Origin: Rhodospirillales bacterium
GTDB taxonomy: Bacteria; Pseudomonadota; Alphaproteobacteria; Rhodospirillales; UBA2165
DNA: 64,000 bases
Direction of reading: 5' to 3'
Assembly: GCA_046582495.1 (NCBI GenBank)
Contig: JAYGEG010000160.1
Coordinates: 11,553-75,552 of the forward strand
A model generated the notes under the pieces. That model worked only from the letters and a program-made list of their open reading frames with translations, had not been told where the DNA came from and did not search any database. This document shows, piece by piece, positions 48,286 through 57,362 of the stretch. How positions within the stretch are numbered: the first letter of the stretch is position 1; the number at the start of each line of letters is the position of its first letter. The translations under genes and the position numbers were made by a program.

Positions 48286-48903
48286 GTGAGTATATTCCAC
48301 GAAATCACCAAGAAACCTTGGTTAGAGGAACCTGTCGATTCGGGCGGAATGCCCCATCAAAGCGCGTTCTTTGCGCCTGCTGGAAAAGTTGGCCTCCGGG
48401 TGTTTCTGTGTGTCGTCACTGTTATCTTCACGTTAACGCTCATCGCCTATGCAGATCGGATGCGGTTCCCAACCTGGCAGATCATGCCGGAGCCATGGGT
48501 TTTATGGCTCAATACGGCGTTTTTGATCATCGCTAGTTTCGCCATGCAAAGAGCCCTCAACAGTGCACGTCAAAATCATCTAAATGGCGTGCGCGATGGC
48601 CTTCTGTTAGGAGGCATATTCACGTTCGCCTTTCTGACCGGCCAGGTGTTCGTTTGGCAGCAACTTGTTGAGATGGGGTATTACGCAAATACCAATACTG
48701 CGAATGCCTTCTTTTATCTGCTCACTGCACTGCATGGCCTCCATTTGGTTGGCGGCCTCGTTGCGTGGTGGCGGAGTGTTTTTCGAATGTGGCGCGGCAG
48801 TTCAGCGACCGATCTACGTTTGAGCGTCGAATTATGCACGAAATATTGGCACTATCTATTACTGATTTGGCTTATTTTATTTGGCCTATTATTGATTAGT
48901 TAA
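48286..48903 (+). CDS. Heme-copper oxidase subunit III family protein, short paralogue (CoxO-like)
   Basis: 205 aa from a GTG start with 5 TM segments and subunit-III-type C-terminal helices (FYLLTALHGLHLVGGL, YWHYLLLIWLILF). Confidence 0.75.
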   Translation: MSIFHEITKKPWLEEPVDSGGMPHQSAFFAPAGKVGLRVFLCVVTVIFTLTLIAYADRMRFPTWQIMPEPWVLWLNTAFLIIASFAMQRALNSARQNHLNGVRDGLLLGGIFTFAFLTGQVFVWQQLVEMGYYANTNTANAFFYLLTALHGLHLVGGLVAWWRSVFRMWRGSSATDLRLSVELCTKYWHYLLLIWLILFGLLLIS

Positions 48904-48913
48904 GAAGGAAATA

Positions 48914-49648
48914 TTGAACATGGCGCCATCAGATACCGCAACTAACGTGGCCGGACCATCCGCGATAACTAATGGATTAAACAGCGCAGCCGAGGATTGG
49001 GGTTCCGATCAGCGGACATTTAAGAACGTGCCTTGGGGTAAGGCGATGATGTGGATATTCCTAGTCAGTGATACCTTCATCTTTTCATGCTTTTTGATTG
49101 CCTATATGAAAGTGCGAATTTCGACGACAACGCCTTGGCCGGAGCCGAGCGAAGTGTTCGCGTTGTCGTTTGGCGGCGAGCCAATCCCGCTTATTCTAAT
49201 CGCCATCATGACATTTATCCTGATTACCAGCAGCGGCACCATGGTGTTAGCCGTTAATTACGGCTATCGGAAAGACAAAAATAAAACCGCAATACTGCTG
49301 CTCATTACCGCTCTCTTCGGTGCCTCTTTTGTCGGTATGCAGGCTTTTGAGTGGACCAAATTGATTGTTGAAGAGGGTGTTCGCCCCTGGAGTAATCCAA
49401 TGGGTGCTCCTCAATTCGGTGCAGTATTTTTCATGATAACCGGCTTCCATGGATTCCACGTATCGGTCGGCGTTTTGTTTTTGCTTTTGGTTGCCCGCAA
49501 AGTCTGGCGCGGCGATTACGATACCGAAAAACGCGGCTTTTATACCAGCCGAAAAGGTAGTTACGAGATCGTTGAAACCATGGGCCTTTACTGGCACTTC
49601 GTCGATCTGGTTTGGGTTTTCATCTTTGCATTCTTTTATCTTTGGTAG
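48914..49648 (+). CDS. Heme-copper oxidase subunit III (CoxP-like)
   Basis: 244 aa with subunit III motifs FFMITGFHGFHVSVG and LYWHFVDLVWVFIF. Confidence 0.85.
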   Translation: MNMAPSDTATNVAGPSAITNGLNSAAEDWGSDQRTFKNVPWGKAMMWIFLVSDTFIFSCFLIAYMKVRISTTTPWPEPSEVFALSFGGEPIPLILIAIMTFILITSSGTMVLAVNYGYRKDKNKTAILLLITALFGASFVGMQAFEWTKLIVEEGVRPWSNPMGAPQFGAVFFMITGFHGFHVSVGVLFLLLVARKVWRGDYDTEKRGFYTSRKGSYEIVETMGLYWHFVDLVWVFIFAFFYLW

Positions 49649-49659
49649 AGGCGAACGAT

Positions 49660-49980
49660 ATGGCACACGCAGAAGGTCAACACCACCCGCTAGGTGTTTA
49701 TTTTAAAGTATGGGCACTGCTGTTCATACTCAGTACGTTCTCCTATCTTGTTGATTTTTATCATGTTCAGGGATATCTCAGATGGACCTTGATTCTCCTC
49801 TTTATGTTCTTAAAGGCCGGATTTATTATCTCCGTCTTCATGCACATTAAGTGGGAACGCTGGGCGCTTAGTTTGGCGATATTGGGACCACCGACATTGC
49901 TATTGATTTTTATAGCGATGATGATGATTGAAGGTGATTATACTTTCCTCACACGAGGTATATTCTTCACCGGATCTTAA
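49660..49980 (+). CDS. Small oxidase subunit IV-like membrane protein
   Basis: 106 aa from the ATG at 49660, with 3 TM helices (VWALLFILSTFSYLV..., LILLFMFLKAGFIISVFMHI...) as in prokaryotic subunit IV proteins. The track start at 49612 overlaps the previous gene. Confidence 0.65.
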   Translation: MAHAEGQHHPLGVYFKVWALLFILSTFSYLVDFYHVQGYLRWTLILLFMFLKAGFIISVFMHIKWERWALSLAILGPPTLLLIFIAMMMIEGDYTFLTRGIFFTGS

Positions 49981-50024
49981 TCTCAATTCTTCCATGGCCG
50001 GTAGTTCGGCCGAACAGAAAAGCT

Positions 50025-50411
50025 ATGCGGTACGTTACGCTAACATTATTGTCATTAATGGGGAGCTTGGCTCCCCTCACCCCTGCTTTCGCGCATTTCG
50101 GACTGGCTGATGGCGAAGACGTCAGCCATGGGCTGTTTGTCGGATATGTTCTGGCTCTCCTCGGGCTTATTGCCTTTGTTATTTATCGGCGGCGGAAGAG
50201 CACACAAGAATCGCCTGAGCTTAAATCTCTTAAACGTCAGCTTAGAGACCTCGAACGCTCCCTGACGGCCTGCCTCGCACAGCTAAAAAACGCCGATGAG
50301 TACCCAAACGAATGCGGGCTTACCGAAGAACAGCGCAAAGAACGGCTGAAATCTGCTGCCTCGATCAGAGGAAAGATCGACACCACGAAGGCAAGTTTAG
50401 CGGCCATCTGA
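50025..50411 (+). CDS. Hypothetical membrane-anchored protein
   Basis: 128 aa. The N-terminus is signal-like (...LAPLTPAFA/HF), followed by one TM helix (LFVGYVLALLGLIAFVIY), RRRK and a charged coiled-coil-like tail. It follows the oxidase operon. No family recognised. Confidence 0.5.
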   Translation: MRYVTLTLLSLMGSLAPLTPAFAHFGLADGEDVSHGLFVGYVLALLGLIAFVIYRRRKSTQESPELKSLKRQLRDLERSLTACLAQLKNADEYPNECGLTEEQRKERLKSAASIRGKIDTTKASLAAI

Positions 50412-50456
50412 GCCGGCTAATCCAAATAAAAATATTCCGAGTTTTTTCATGCAGAC

Positions 50457-51854
50457 CTAGCGGCTGAACCATATTTCACGGCGCGTTAGGGAAATCAGGA
50501 GAAAAACCGTTATCAATAATCCTGCTGCGAGGAAAATCGCCTGAAAAGCGGCAACGAAGCTGATTTGCCGCTGCATGATTTCAAATCCGCCGGTGACCAC
50601 GGATGCACAAATGACCATGCCGATCATACGGGTGAGTGAGACGAGCCCACCTGCGACACCGCGTTCGGCTCGAGGTAAGGTTGCAGCCGTAAGCTCCAGG
50701 CAAGACAGCTGAAAAAGACCAAGGCCAAGACCGATCGCAAACAACGCAGGTGCGAGCGCAAAAAGTCCGGTACTGGGTTCAAGCAGAGCCACACCGAACA
50801 ATCCCACTGCCGTGATTACCACGCCGGAAAAGGCAATTTTACCGGCGGCGATTTTCGCGATTAACCAGCTGCCTGCCAACCCGGCAGCGCCGCCGCCAAT
50901 GAGGGACAGGGCTAAAACCAGACCAGCTTCAATCACTGACAAGCCGACCTCGCGAACGAGATAATGAGGTCCGATAACCATGAGAGTAAAGCCGCACAAA
51001 TTAACCATGAGATTGGTCATTTGTAACATTGAAAACCCACGGTCCCGGAACATGGCCAATCGCAAAATGGGTTCGGGAGCCCGGCTTTCGGCACGCAAAA
51101 AGCCTTTCAAACAAAGAATTCCGACCAATAGCAGCAAGCCCGTCAGTAGCCAGGAAATCTCTGCCTGTTGCAACTGGTTGAGTGCCAGGATGAAGGCGCT
51201 GAGCGTTGCGATCAATAATGCGGCTCCGGCGAGATCGAGATTAGGTTGACGCTTCGGTTGATCAATCTTGGGCAGAAAAATCATCAAAATCAGTGCCGTT
51301 ACGGCAAGCGGGACCCGAAACCAAAAGACGCCCGGCCAGCCCCAGTGCTCAATCAGCCAGCCGCCAAATGCCGGGCCAAAAGCCATGCCAAGAGCGAACA
51401 TCATGGTGTAGATTGCGAGCACGCGGCCTCGAAGTTGTTCTGAAAACAAAAAGGTCGCGAGCGCTGGGCCGCAACCGATCAGCATCGCAATACCAAACCC
51501 CTGCAGCACACGGAAAACCAGAAACCAGCCGAACGTACTCGAATAGGCACAAAGTGCATGGGCCACAACGCTGACCATTAGTCCAAGAGTGAAAAGCTTC
51601 TTGTGTCCGAACAGATCGCCAAGCTTGCTGAAAATCAGTACTGAACCGGCCTGTGTTAGGACGAAACAAATAATCACCCACTGAATACCATTGAGGCCGA
51701 TTTCGAAAGAACGGGTGATATCCGGAAAGGCGATATTGACCGAGGAATCCAACGGCCCCAAAATGCTGCCCAAGCCAACGACAAAAAGGCCGAATTTCGC
51801 CCTGAAATCTGAGGGCGGCGGCAGGTCAGTTGGGTTGGGGGTCGGGTCCGGCAT
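50457..51854 (-). CDS. MFS transporter (14-TM drug:H+ antiporter-like)
   Basis: 465 aa with about 14 hydrophobic segments and an MFS motif-A-like sequence (GKLGDLFGHKKLF). Confidence 0.8.
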   Translation of the reverse strand: MPDPTPNPTDLPPPSDFRAKFGLFVVGLGSILGPLDSSVNIAFPDITRSFEIGLNGIQWVIICFVLTQAGSVLIFSKLGDLFGHKKLFTLGLMVSVVAHALCAYSSTFGWFLVFRVLQGFGIAMLIGCGPALATFLFSEQLRGRVLAIYTMMFALGMAFGPAFGGWLIEHWGWPGVFWFRVPLAVTALILMIFLPKIDQPKRQPNLDLAGAALLIATLSAFILALNQLQQAEISWLLTGLLLLVGILCLKGFLRAESRAPEPILRLAMFRDRGFSMLQMTNLMVNLCGFTLMVIGPHYLVREVGLSVIEAGLVLALSLIGGGAAGLAGSWLIAKIAAGKIAFSGVVITAVGLFGVALLEPSTGLFALAPALFAIGLGLGLFQLSCLELTAATLPRAERGVAGGLVSLTRMIGMVICASVVTGGFEIMQRQISFVAAFQAIFLAAGLLITVFLLISLTRREIWFSR

Positions 51855-51859
51855 CCCTG

Positions 51860-52804
51860 CTATTCGGCAGCTTCCTTGAGCCCTGGCATGGCGAAGTCGA
51901 TGCCATGCAAAGCTTGGGTTAGTCCCGCCATTTGCGCCTCATCCAGAGCAACAAGCGGTGGGCGGACGCGGCACCAGTCTGCATCATCGCCGTATATTGC
52001 CGCCGCTGCCTTAAGCGCTGGGATCATCGGGAAGTTTTGGAAAATATCGCGAACAGTATCCAAGCCAGCTTGCAGCGCGTCTGCGTCATCCGACTGCCAG
52101 TTCGCATACAGATTATGAATGGCCGCGGGGTTTACGTTGGCCGTTGCCGATATGCAGCCGGCGCCTCCGTTCCGCATATTTTCCAGCAGGAAGGTCTCAG
52201 CACCGGCAAAAACGCGGAAATCGTCCCAGCCAGCCTTCAACATGGCTAATGTATTCTCCATCACGCCGCCACTGTCTTTGACGCCGACAACTGTATCCGG
52301 ATATTCTTTAATCAGGCGCTCAATGAGCCCAAGGCTGAGCGGCACGTTTGAGATCGGTGGAATGTGGTAGAGATAGATGCGCAGATTTGCATCACCGACT
52401 TTCTGGATTATCTCCGAGAAATTTGCATAGAGACCATCATCGCTGACGCCTTTGTAATAGAACGGCGGCAGCATCAAAGTGCCACCACAGCCGAGCTTTA
52501 CCGCATGTCCGGTCAGCTTGACGCTGTCGGAAAGTGCACAGCAGCCTGTGCCCGGCATCATCCGCGCCGGATCAATGCCGCCCTCGACCAAGCGGTCCAT
52601 CAGTTCAATTTTTTCGTCCGTCGAAAGAGAGTTCGCTTCACTGTTGGTGCCGAACACCGCGAGGCCGACATTATGCAAGAGCATCCATTTGCATTGCCTG
52701 ATCAAACGTTCCGCATCGGGTGTTAGATCGGCGGTAAAAGGCGTGATGACAGGTGTTAAAACGCCTGAAAACTTCTCTGGTGCACTCATAATTTTGTTCC
52801 CCAC
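51860..52804 (-). CDS. Dihydrodipicolinate synthase family (DapA-like) lyase
   Basis: About 309-314 aa of the class I aldolase DapA/NAL family (GVLTPVITPF, FGTNSEANSL, YLYHIP, VGVKDS with the Schiff-base Lys). The true substrate cannot be called. Confidence 0.75.
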   Translation of the reverse strand: MGNKIMSAPEKFSGVLTPVITPFTADLTPDAERLIRQCKWMLLHNVGLAVFGTNSEANSLSTDEKIELMDRLVEGGIDPARMMPGTGCCALSDSVKLTGHAVKLGCGGTLMLPPFYYKGVSDDGLYANFSEIIQKVGDANLRIYLYHIPPISNVPLSLGLIERLIKEYPDTVVGVKDSGGVMENTLAMLKAGWDDFRVFAGAETFLLENMRNGGAGCISATANVNPAAIHNLYANWQSDDADALQAGLDTVRDIFQNFPMIPALKAAAAIYGDDADWCRVRPPLVALDEAQMAGLTQALHGIDFAMPGLKEAAE

Positions 52805-52883
52805 TATTGGTGTTTGATTTGATGGGTAGGTAAATCATTCTGAGCCTGAAATACAAGACTAAAGTAGCAAAAATAACCGCAGG

Positions 52884-52936
52884 CACCCTGGACTTGATCC
52901 AGAATCCAGTCTGGACCCTGGATCAAGTCCAGGGTG
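52884..52936. repeat. 53-nt nested palindromic (REP/MITE-like) element
   Basis: Perfect 17-bp inverted repeat CACCCTGGACTTGATCC(52884-52900)/GGATCAAGTCCAGGGTG(52920-52936). The 19-nt centre contains CCAGTCTGG. It shares the 11-mer CCAGAATCCAG with the 29-nt elements at 39786 and 55499. Confidence 0.8.
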
Positions 52937-52945
52937 ACGATTGTG

Positions 52946-54832
52946 TTACTCTTCCAAGTTCTCCAAAATCTCTTGTGCCTCAAGCCAGGCAGCTTCGGTC
53001 TCGGCCAATTCTTTTTTGGATTTCCCAAGCAGCTTTTGCCATTCAGCAATCTCGTCTGGAGAGCTATCATAGAATTTTGGATCAGCCATTTTGGTTTCGA
53101 TTTTGTCGATTTCTACCGAGAATTCCGCCATTTTGTTTTCAGATGTCTGAACTGTTTTTCTGAGATGGGCTGACTCAGCGCGCTTTTCGGCTCGGGCGCG
53201 GCGAAGTTCCTTTTTGTTTTCTGAAGGCTTTGCCTCACCGTTTCCGACGCCATTTGATTTTTTGGTAGAGCGCGCCGCCAATAGAAGCCGTTCGTAATCG
53301 GCGAGATCACCGTCATATACTTCGCATTTACCATCCTCAACCAGCCACAAACTATCGGCGACGAGGCTCACAAGATGCGCATCGTGGCTGACCAATATGA
53401 CCGCGCCCTCATAAATGTTAAGTGCCTCTACCAGCGCTTCTCGGGCGTCAATGTCGAGATGGTTGGTTGGCTCATCGAGCAGCATGATGTGGGGTTTCTC
53501 AAGGCTCATCAGGGCAAACAGCAGGCGGGCCTTTTCGCCGCCGGATAGATTGGCAACTTTTGTATCAGCGCGTTCCTGTTGAAAGCCGAAACGTCCCAAA
53601 TGCCCTCTGAGGCGCGAGGGGGGCTCCATCGGGCGCAGCTCACTGATGTGATCAAAAGCAGAGCCATCGGGGTTTAATTCCTCCGATTGATGCTGCGCAA
53701 AATAGCCGACCTCCAGTTTTTTGGATTTTACCAATTTGCCGGTTTCAGGTTTCAAGCGCCCTGCCAGCATTTTCATCATGGTCGATTTGCCGTTGCCATT
53801 TGCACCAATCAGCGCGATGCGGTCATCCATATCGATCCGCAAATCAACATCGCGCAAGATCGGTTTGCCGGGCTCGTAGCCGACGGACGTCTTGTCCAAG
53901 GCAATCAGCGGCGGCGATAAGAGCGGCGGGTGCGGGAATTCAAATGAAATCGTCTTTTCCTCAACGACCGAGGCAATGGGTTCCATGCGCTCCAACATTT
54001 TAACACGGCTTTGAGCTTGGCGGGCTTTGTTGGCTTTGGCGCGAAAACGATCAACAAAAGCCTGAATGCGTTGACGCTCCGCAGTTTGGCGTGCCGCCAT
54101 TTTGGATTGCAGCATGAGCCTTTCACGCCGGGTTTTCTCAAAAAAATCGTAGCCGCCGGTATAGCGTGTCAGGCGGGCATTTTCGAGATGCACAATATGA
54201 TCAACAGACTGATTGAGCAGGGTGCGTTCGTGACTGATGATCACCAGCGTGCCGCGCCAGCGTTTGAGAAAGTTCTCCAGCCACAACACGGCTTCTAGAT
54301 CTAAATGGTTGGTAGGCTCATCGAGCAATAAGAGGTCGGGTTCGGCGAATAGCGTCGCTGCCAGCGCAACGCGCATGCGCCAGCCGCCGGAAAAATCACT
54401 GCAAGAGCGCTGCTGGGCGGCCTCATCGAAGCCAAGACCGGATAAAATCGTCGCTGCGCGAGCCGGCGCGCTTTCGGCTCTAATATCAGCAAGTCGGATA
54501 TGAATCTCAGAAATCCGTGCGGGGTCTATCGCGGTCTCCGCTTCTGCCAAAAGGGCCGTGCGTTCGACATCCGCAGCGAGAACCGTTTCCAACAAGCTCT
54601 CAGGTCCGGCGGGTGCTTCCTGGGCGACGGTGCCAATCTTATGTTTGTCGTTGATATTTATTGTCCCTTCATCGACCGACAATTCGCCCATAATCAGGCG
54701 GAAAAGCGTCGTTTTTCCGGTGCCATTACGGCCAACCAGGCCTACTTTTTGGCCATCGGGTATCGCAATCGTCGCGCCTTCATAGAGCGCGCGACCGCCA
54801 ATTCGATAGGTCATGTCATTGATGTGGAGCAT
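52946..54832 (-). CDS. ABC-F family ATPase (two ABC domains, no TM domain)
   Basis: Two Walker A motifs (GRNGTGKTT, GANGNGKST), two LSGG signatures and a C-terminal coiled-coil extension. The start is placed at the ATG at 54832 (MLHINDMTY...) rather than the track start at 54871. Confidence 0.9.
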   Translation of the reverse strand: MLHINDMTYRIGGRALYEGATIAIPDGQKVGLVGRNGTGKTTLFRLIMGELSVDEGTININDKHKIGTVAQEAPAGPESLLETVLAADVERTALLAEAETAIDPARISEIHIRLADIRAESAPARAATILSGLGFDEAAQQRSCSDFSGGWRMRVALAATLFAEPDLLLLDEPTNHLDLEAVLWLENFLKRWRGTLVIISHERTLLNQSVDHIVHLENARLTRYTGGYDFFEKTRRERLMLQSKMAARQTAERQRIQAFVDRFRAKANKARQAQSRVKMLERMEPIASVVEEKTISFEFPHPPLLSPPLIALDKTSVGYEPGKPILRDVDLRIDMDDRIALIGANGNGKSTMMKMLAGRLKPETGKLVKSKKLEVGYFAQHQSEELNPDGSAFDHISELRPMEPPSRLRGHLGRFGFQQERADTKVANLSGGEKARLLFALMSLEKPHIMLLDEPTNHLDIDAREALVEALNIYEGAVILVSHDAHLVSLVADSLWLVEDGKCEVYDGDLADYERLLLAARSTKKSNGVGNGEAKPSENKKELRRARAEKRAESAHLRKTVQTSENKMAEFSVEIDKIETKMADPKFYDSSPDEIAEWQKLLGKSKKELAETEAAWLEAQEILENLEE

Positions 54833-55009
54833 TGCCGGGGTGTAGCATGCTAAAGCCAGCACGGAAAGCACGAGTACGGAGAAAACATATAAGGCTATTC
54901 TTTACAAATTTTCTATTGCCAGTCCGCCGTGATCCGGCTATAAGCGCCCGGTTTTCGGTAATCTGCCGACATTGAATAATCCTTGAAATAACAGAAGAGG
55001 TTCGGGGCA

Positions 55010-55432
55010 ATGGCCATCGAACGAACATTATCAATCATTAAACCAGATGCGACCCGCCGCAACTTAACCGGACAGATTAATGCTCGGTTTGAAAAAGCTG
55101 GCCTCAGCATCATTGGACAAAAACGCCTGCAACTGACATTGGAACAGGCCGAAGGCTTTTACGCAGTTCACAAAGAGCGCGCATTTTTTGGTGAGCTTTG
55201 CGAGTTCATGATTTCCGGTCCTGTCGTTGTACAGGTGCTTGAAGGCGAAGACGCCATCGCTAAAAACCGGGAAGTTATGGGCGCGACTAACCCCGCCAAT
55301 GCTGACGAAGGCACGATCCGTAAAGATTTCGCAGAAAGCATTGAGGCCAATTCGGTCCACGGCTCAGATGCACCAGAAACGGCCGCCGAAGAAATCAATT
55401 ATTTCTTCGCTCAGACTGAGATTGTCGTTTAA
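55010..55432 (+). CDS. ndk: Nucleoside-diphosphate kinase
   Basis: 140 aa with [14 protein letters not shown] and the active-site motif NSVHGSD. Confidence 0.97.
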   Translation: MAIERTLSIIKPDATRRNLTGQINARFEKAGLSIIGQKRLQLTLEQAEGFYAVHKERAFFGELCEFMISGPVVVQVLEGEDAIAKNREVMGATNPANADEGTIRKDFAESIEANSVHGSDAPETAAEEINYFFAQTEIVV

Positions 55433-55458
55433 ACACTGCCAAAGATTAAATTAGAAAA

Positions 55459-55489
55459 GGCTGTCTCTTAACTGAGGCAGCCTTTTTTT
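55459..55489 (+). terminator. Rho-independent terminator of ndk
   Basis: 9-bp stem GGCTGTCTC/GAGGCAGCC (one G-U pair) with loop TTAACT, followed by a T7 run. Confidence 0.85.
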
Positions 55490-55498
55490 GTTGCTCTC

Positions 55499-55527
55499 TG
55501 TCATTCTGGCGCAGGCCAGAATCCAGA
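55499..55527 (+). repeat. 29-nt REP-like palindromic element, copy 2
   Basis: TGTCATTCTGGCGCAGGCCAGAATCCAGA. This is the same element as 39786-39814 in the opposite orientation. It sits between the ndk terminator and the purN stop. Confidence 0.8.
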
Positions 55528-55532
55528 CTGCT

Positions 55533-56183
55533 TTAGCTAGGATTAATAATAGCGCTGTCAGGATTGACGGCGTTTTTAATTTTGACCGCCCCATTTTCAA
55601 CTGAAACGCGGCCTTCGGCGATCAATTTTACAGCCAGCGGATAGATTTTGTGTTCCTCGATCAACACCCGGCCAGCGAGGGCGTCTGGCGTGTCTTCCTG
55701 GTGTATTGGGACGGCGGCCTGAACAATGATCGGCCCATCATCCATTTCAGGTCTAACAAAGTGGACAGTACAGCCGGAAAAGCGGACACCGGCTTTAATG
55801 GCACGCTCGTGCGTGTGCAGCCCCTTAAATGACGGCAAGATGGATGGATGAATGTTAATCAGTTTATCGAGCCAGTGATTAACGAAGGAATCGGTTAGCA
55901 ATCGCATAAACCCGGCCAAGCAGATAAGCTCGACGCCGGCACTCGTAAGTGCGTCATGCAGCGCGTCTTGAAATGGCTCGCGCCCGTCAAAATCTTTGTG
56001 ATTGATCTCAGTCGTCGGAATATTCGTCTGTTGAGCCCGTTTCAGCCCACCGGCATCCGGGACATTGGAAATCACGGTCACAATCTCGGCTGGAAAGTCG
56101 CTGTCTAGGGCGGCATCGATGAGCGATTGCAGATTGCTGCCACGGCCTGAAATCAAGATGCCGAGCTTTAGCTTAGCACTCAT
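55533..56183 (-). CDS. purN: Phosphoribosylglycinamide formyltransferase
   Basis: 216 aa with [18 protein letters not shown] and HFV...DDGPII motifs. 4-nt overlap with purM. Confidence 0.93.
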   Translation of the reverse strand: MSAKLKLGILISGRGSNLQSLIDAALDSDFPAEIVTVISNVPDAGGLKRAQQTNIPTTEINHKDFDGREPFQDALHDALTSAGVELICLAGFMRLLTDSFVNHWLDKLINIHPSILPSFKGLHTHERAIKAGVRFSGCTVHFVRPEMDDGPIIVQAAVPIHQEDTPDALAGRVLIEEHKIYPLAVKLIAEGRVSVENGAVKIKNAVNPDSAIINPS

Positions 56184-57259
56184 ACTTTCCAGGCTTCTTC
56201 AATGTCATGCACTATAACTGCGTCACCATCTGGCCGCTCCACAACCTCACCGATCGGTGTGACTTCTTCGCCGTGCTCGCGCAAAATCTCTTGAATATCG
56301 GCGGCGTGATCGGGAGAGGCAATGATTACCATGCCGATGCCGCAATTGAATGTTCGTGCCATTTCACGTGGTTGAATGCCGCCTGCTTTGGCCAGCCACG
56401 GAAACACCGCTGGCAAATCCCAGGATTTTGCATATAGATCGACACCAAGACCTTCCGGCAAAACGCGCGGGATATTTTCAATCAAGCCGCCGCCGGTAAT
56501 GTGAGCGAGCGCCTTTACCTCACTTTTTTTGATCGCGGCGAGACAGCTTTTGACGTAAATGCGGGTTGGGTCTAGTAGCGCCTCACCGAGTGATCTAGAG
56601 GTATCAAAAGGTGCGGGATCCCCAAATTTAAGCCCCTCGACCTCGGCCACTTTGCGCACTAGGGAAAAACCATTGGAATGAAGGCCATTGGAAGCCAGTC
56701 CCAAAACCACGTCATGGGGTTCGATATCGCCGCTTGGCAGTAAAGCCCCACGTTCGGCCGCGCCAACACTAAAACCTGCAAGATCATAGTCACCTGGAGC
56801 GTACATGCCGGGCATTTCAGCGGTTTCACCGCCGATTAGAGCTGAGCCTGACTGCAAACAGCCTTCTGCGATGCCTTTGACGACATTTGCGGCGGCCTTG
56901 GTGTCGAGCTTGCCGGTGGCGAAATAATCAAGAAAGAACAGTGGCTCTGCGCCCTGCACAACAAGGTCGTTGACGCACATTGCGACCAGATCAATGCCGA
57001 CGGTGTGGTGAATGCCAACATCATGGGCGATTTTAAGTTTGGTACCGACGCCGTCCGTCGCTGCAATCAGAATCGGGTCTATGAAACCGGCGGCTTTTAG
57101 ATCAAATAAGCCGCCAAATCCACCCAGGCTTCCGGCAACTCCAGGCCGGTCTGTCGATTTTGCCATTGGTTTAATGGCCTCGACGAGGGCCTCGCCGGCA
57201 TCGATATCAACACCGGCATCTTTGTAGGAAAGACCGTTTTTATCTGAATTGGATGAAAT
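56180..57259 (-). CDS. purM: Phosphoribosylformylglycinamidine cyclo-ligase (AIR synthetase); 5' end uncertain, possible ATT start
   Basis: The track ORF (56180..57166) starts at MAKSTDRPG. The universally conserved PurM N-terminal motif [22 protein letters not shown] is encoded in frame upstream (57167-57232). No ATG, GTG or TTG lies between it and the upstream TAA (57292-57290). An ATT at 57259-57257 sits 8 nt after AAGGGG. Confidence 0.8.
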   Translation of the reverse strand: MSSNSDKNGLSYKDAGVDIDAGEALVEAIKPMAKSTDRPGVAGSLGGFGGLFDLKAAGFIDPILIAATDGVGTKLKIAHDVGIHHTVGIDLVAMCVNDLVVQGAEPLFFLDYFATGKLDTKAAANVVKGIAEGCLQSGSALIGGETAEMPGMYAPGDYDLAGFSVGAAERGALLPSGDIEPHDVVLGLASNGLHSNGFSLVRKVAEVEGLKFGDPAPFDTSRSLGEALLDPTRIYVKSCLAAIKKSEVKALAHITGGGLIENIPRVLPEGLGVDLYAKSWDLPAVFPWLAKAGGIQPREMARTFNCGIGMVIIASPDHAADIQEILREHGEEVTPIGEVVERPDGDAVIVHDIEEAWKV

Positions 57260-57362
57260 TTTGGTAACCCCTTTTGCCCCAAAACACTTTTACCTTGCGG
57301 CTAACGTGCTAAATTAGCTGAATAAGAATGGCTAGAACATACTTCATCCGGGGCGGTTTGCA

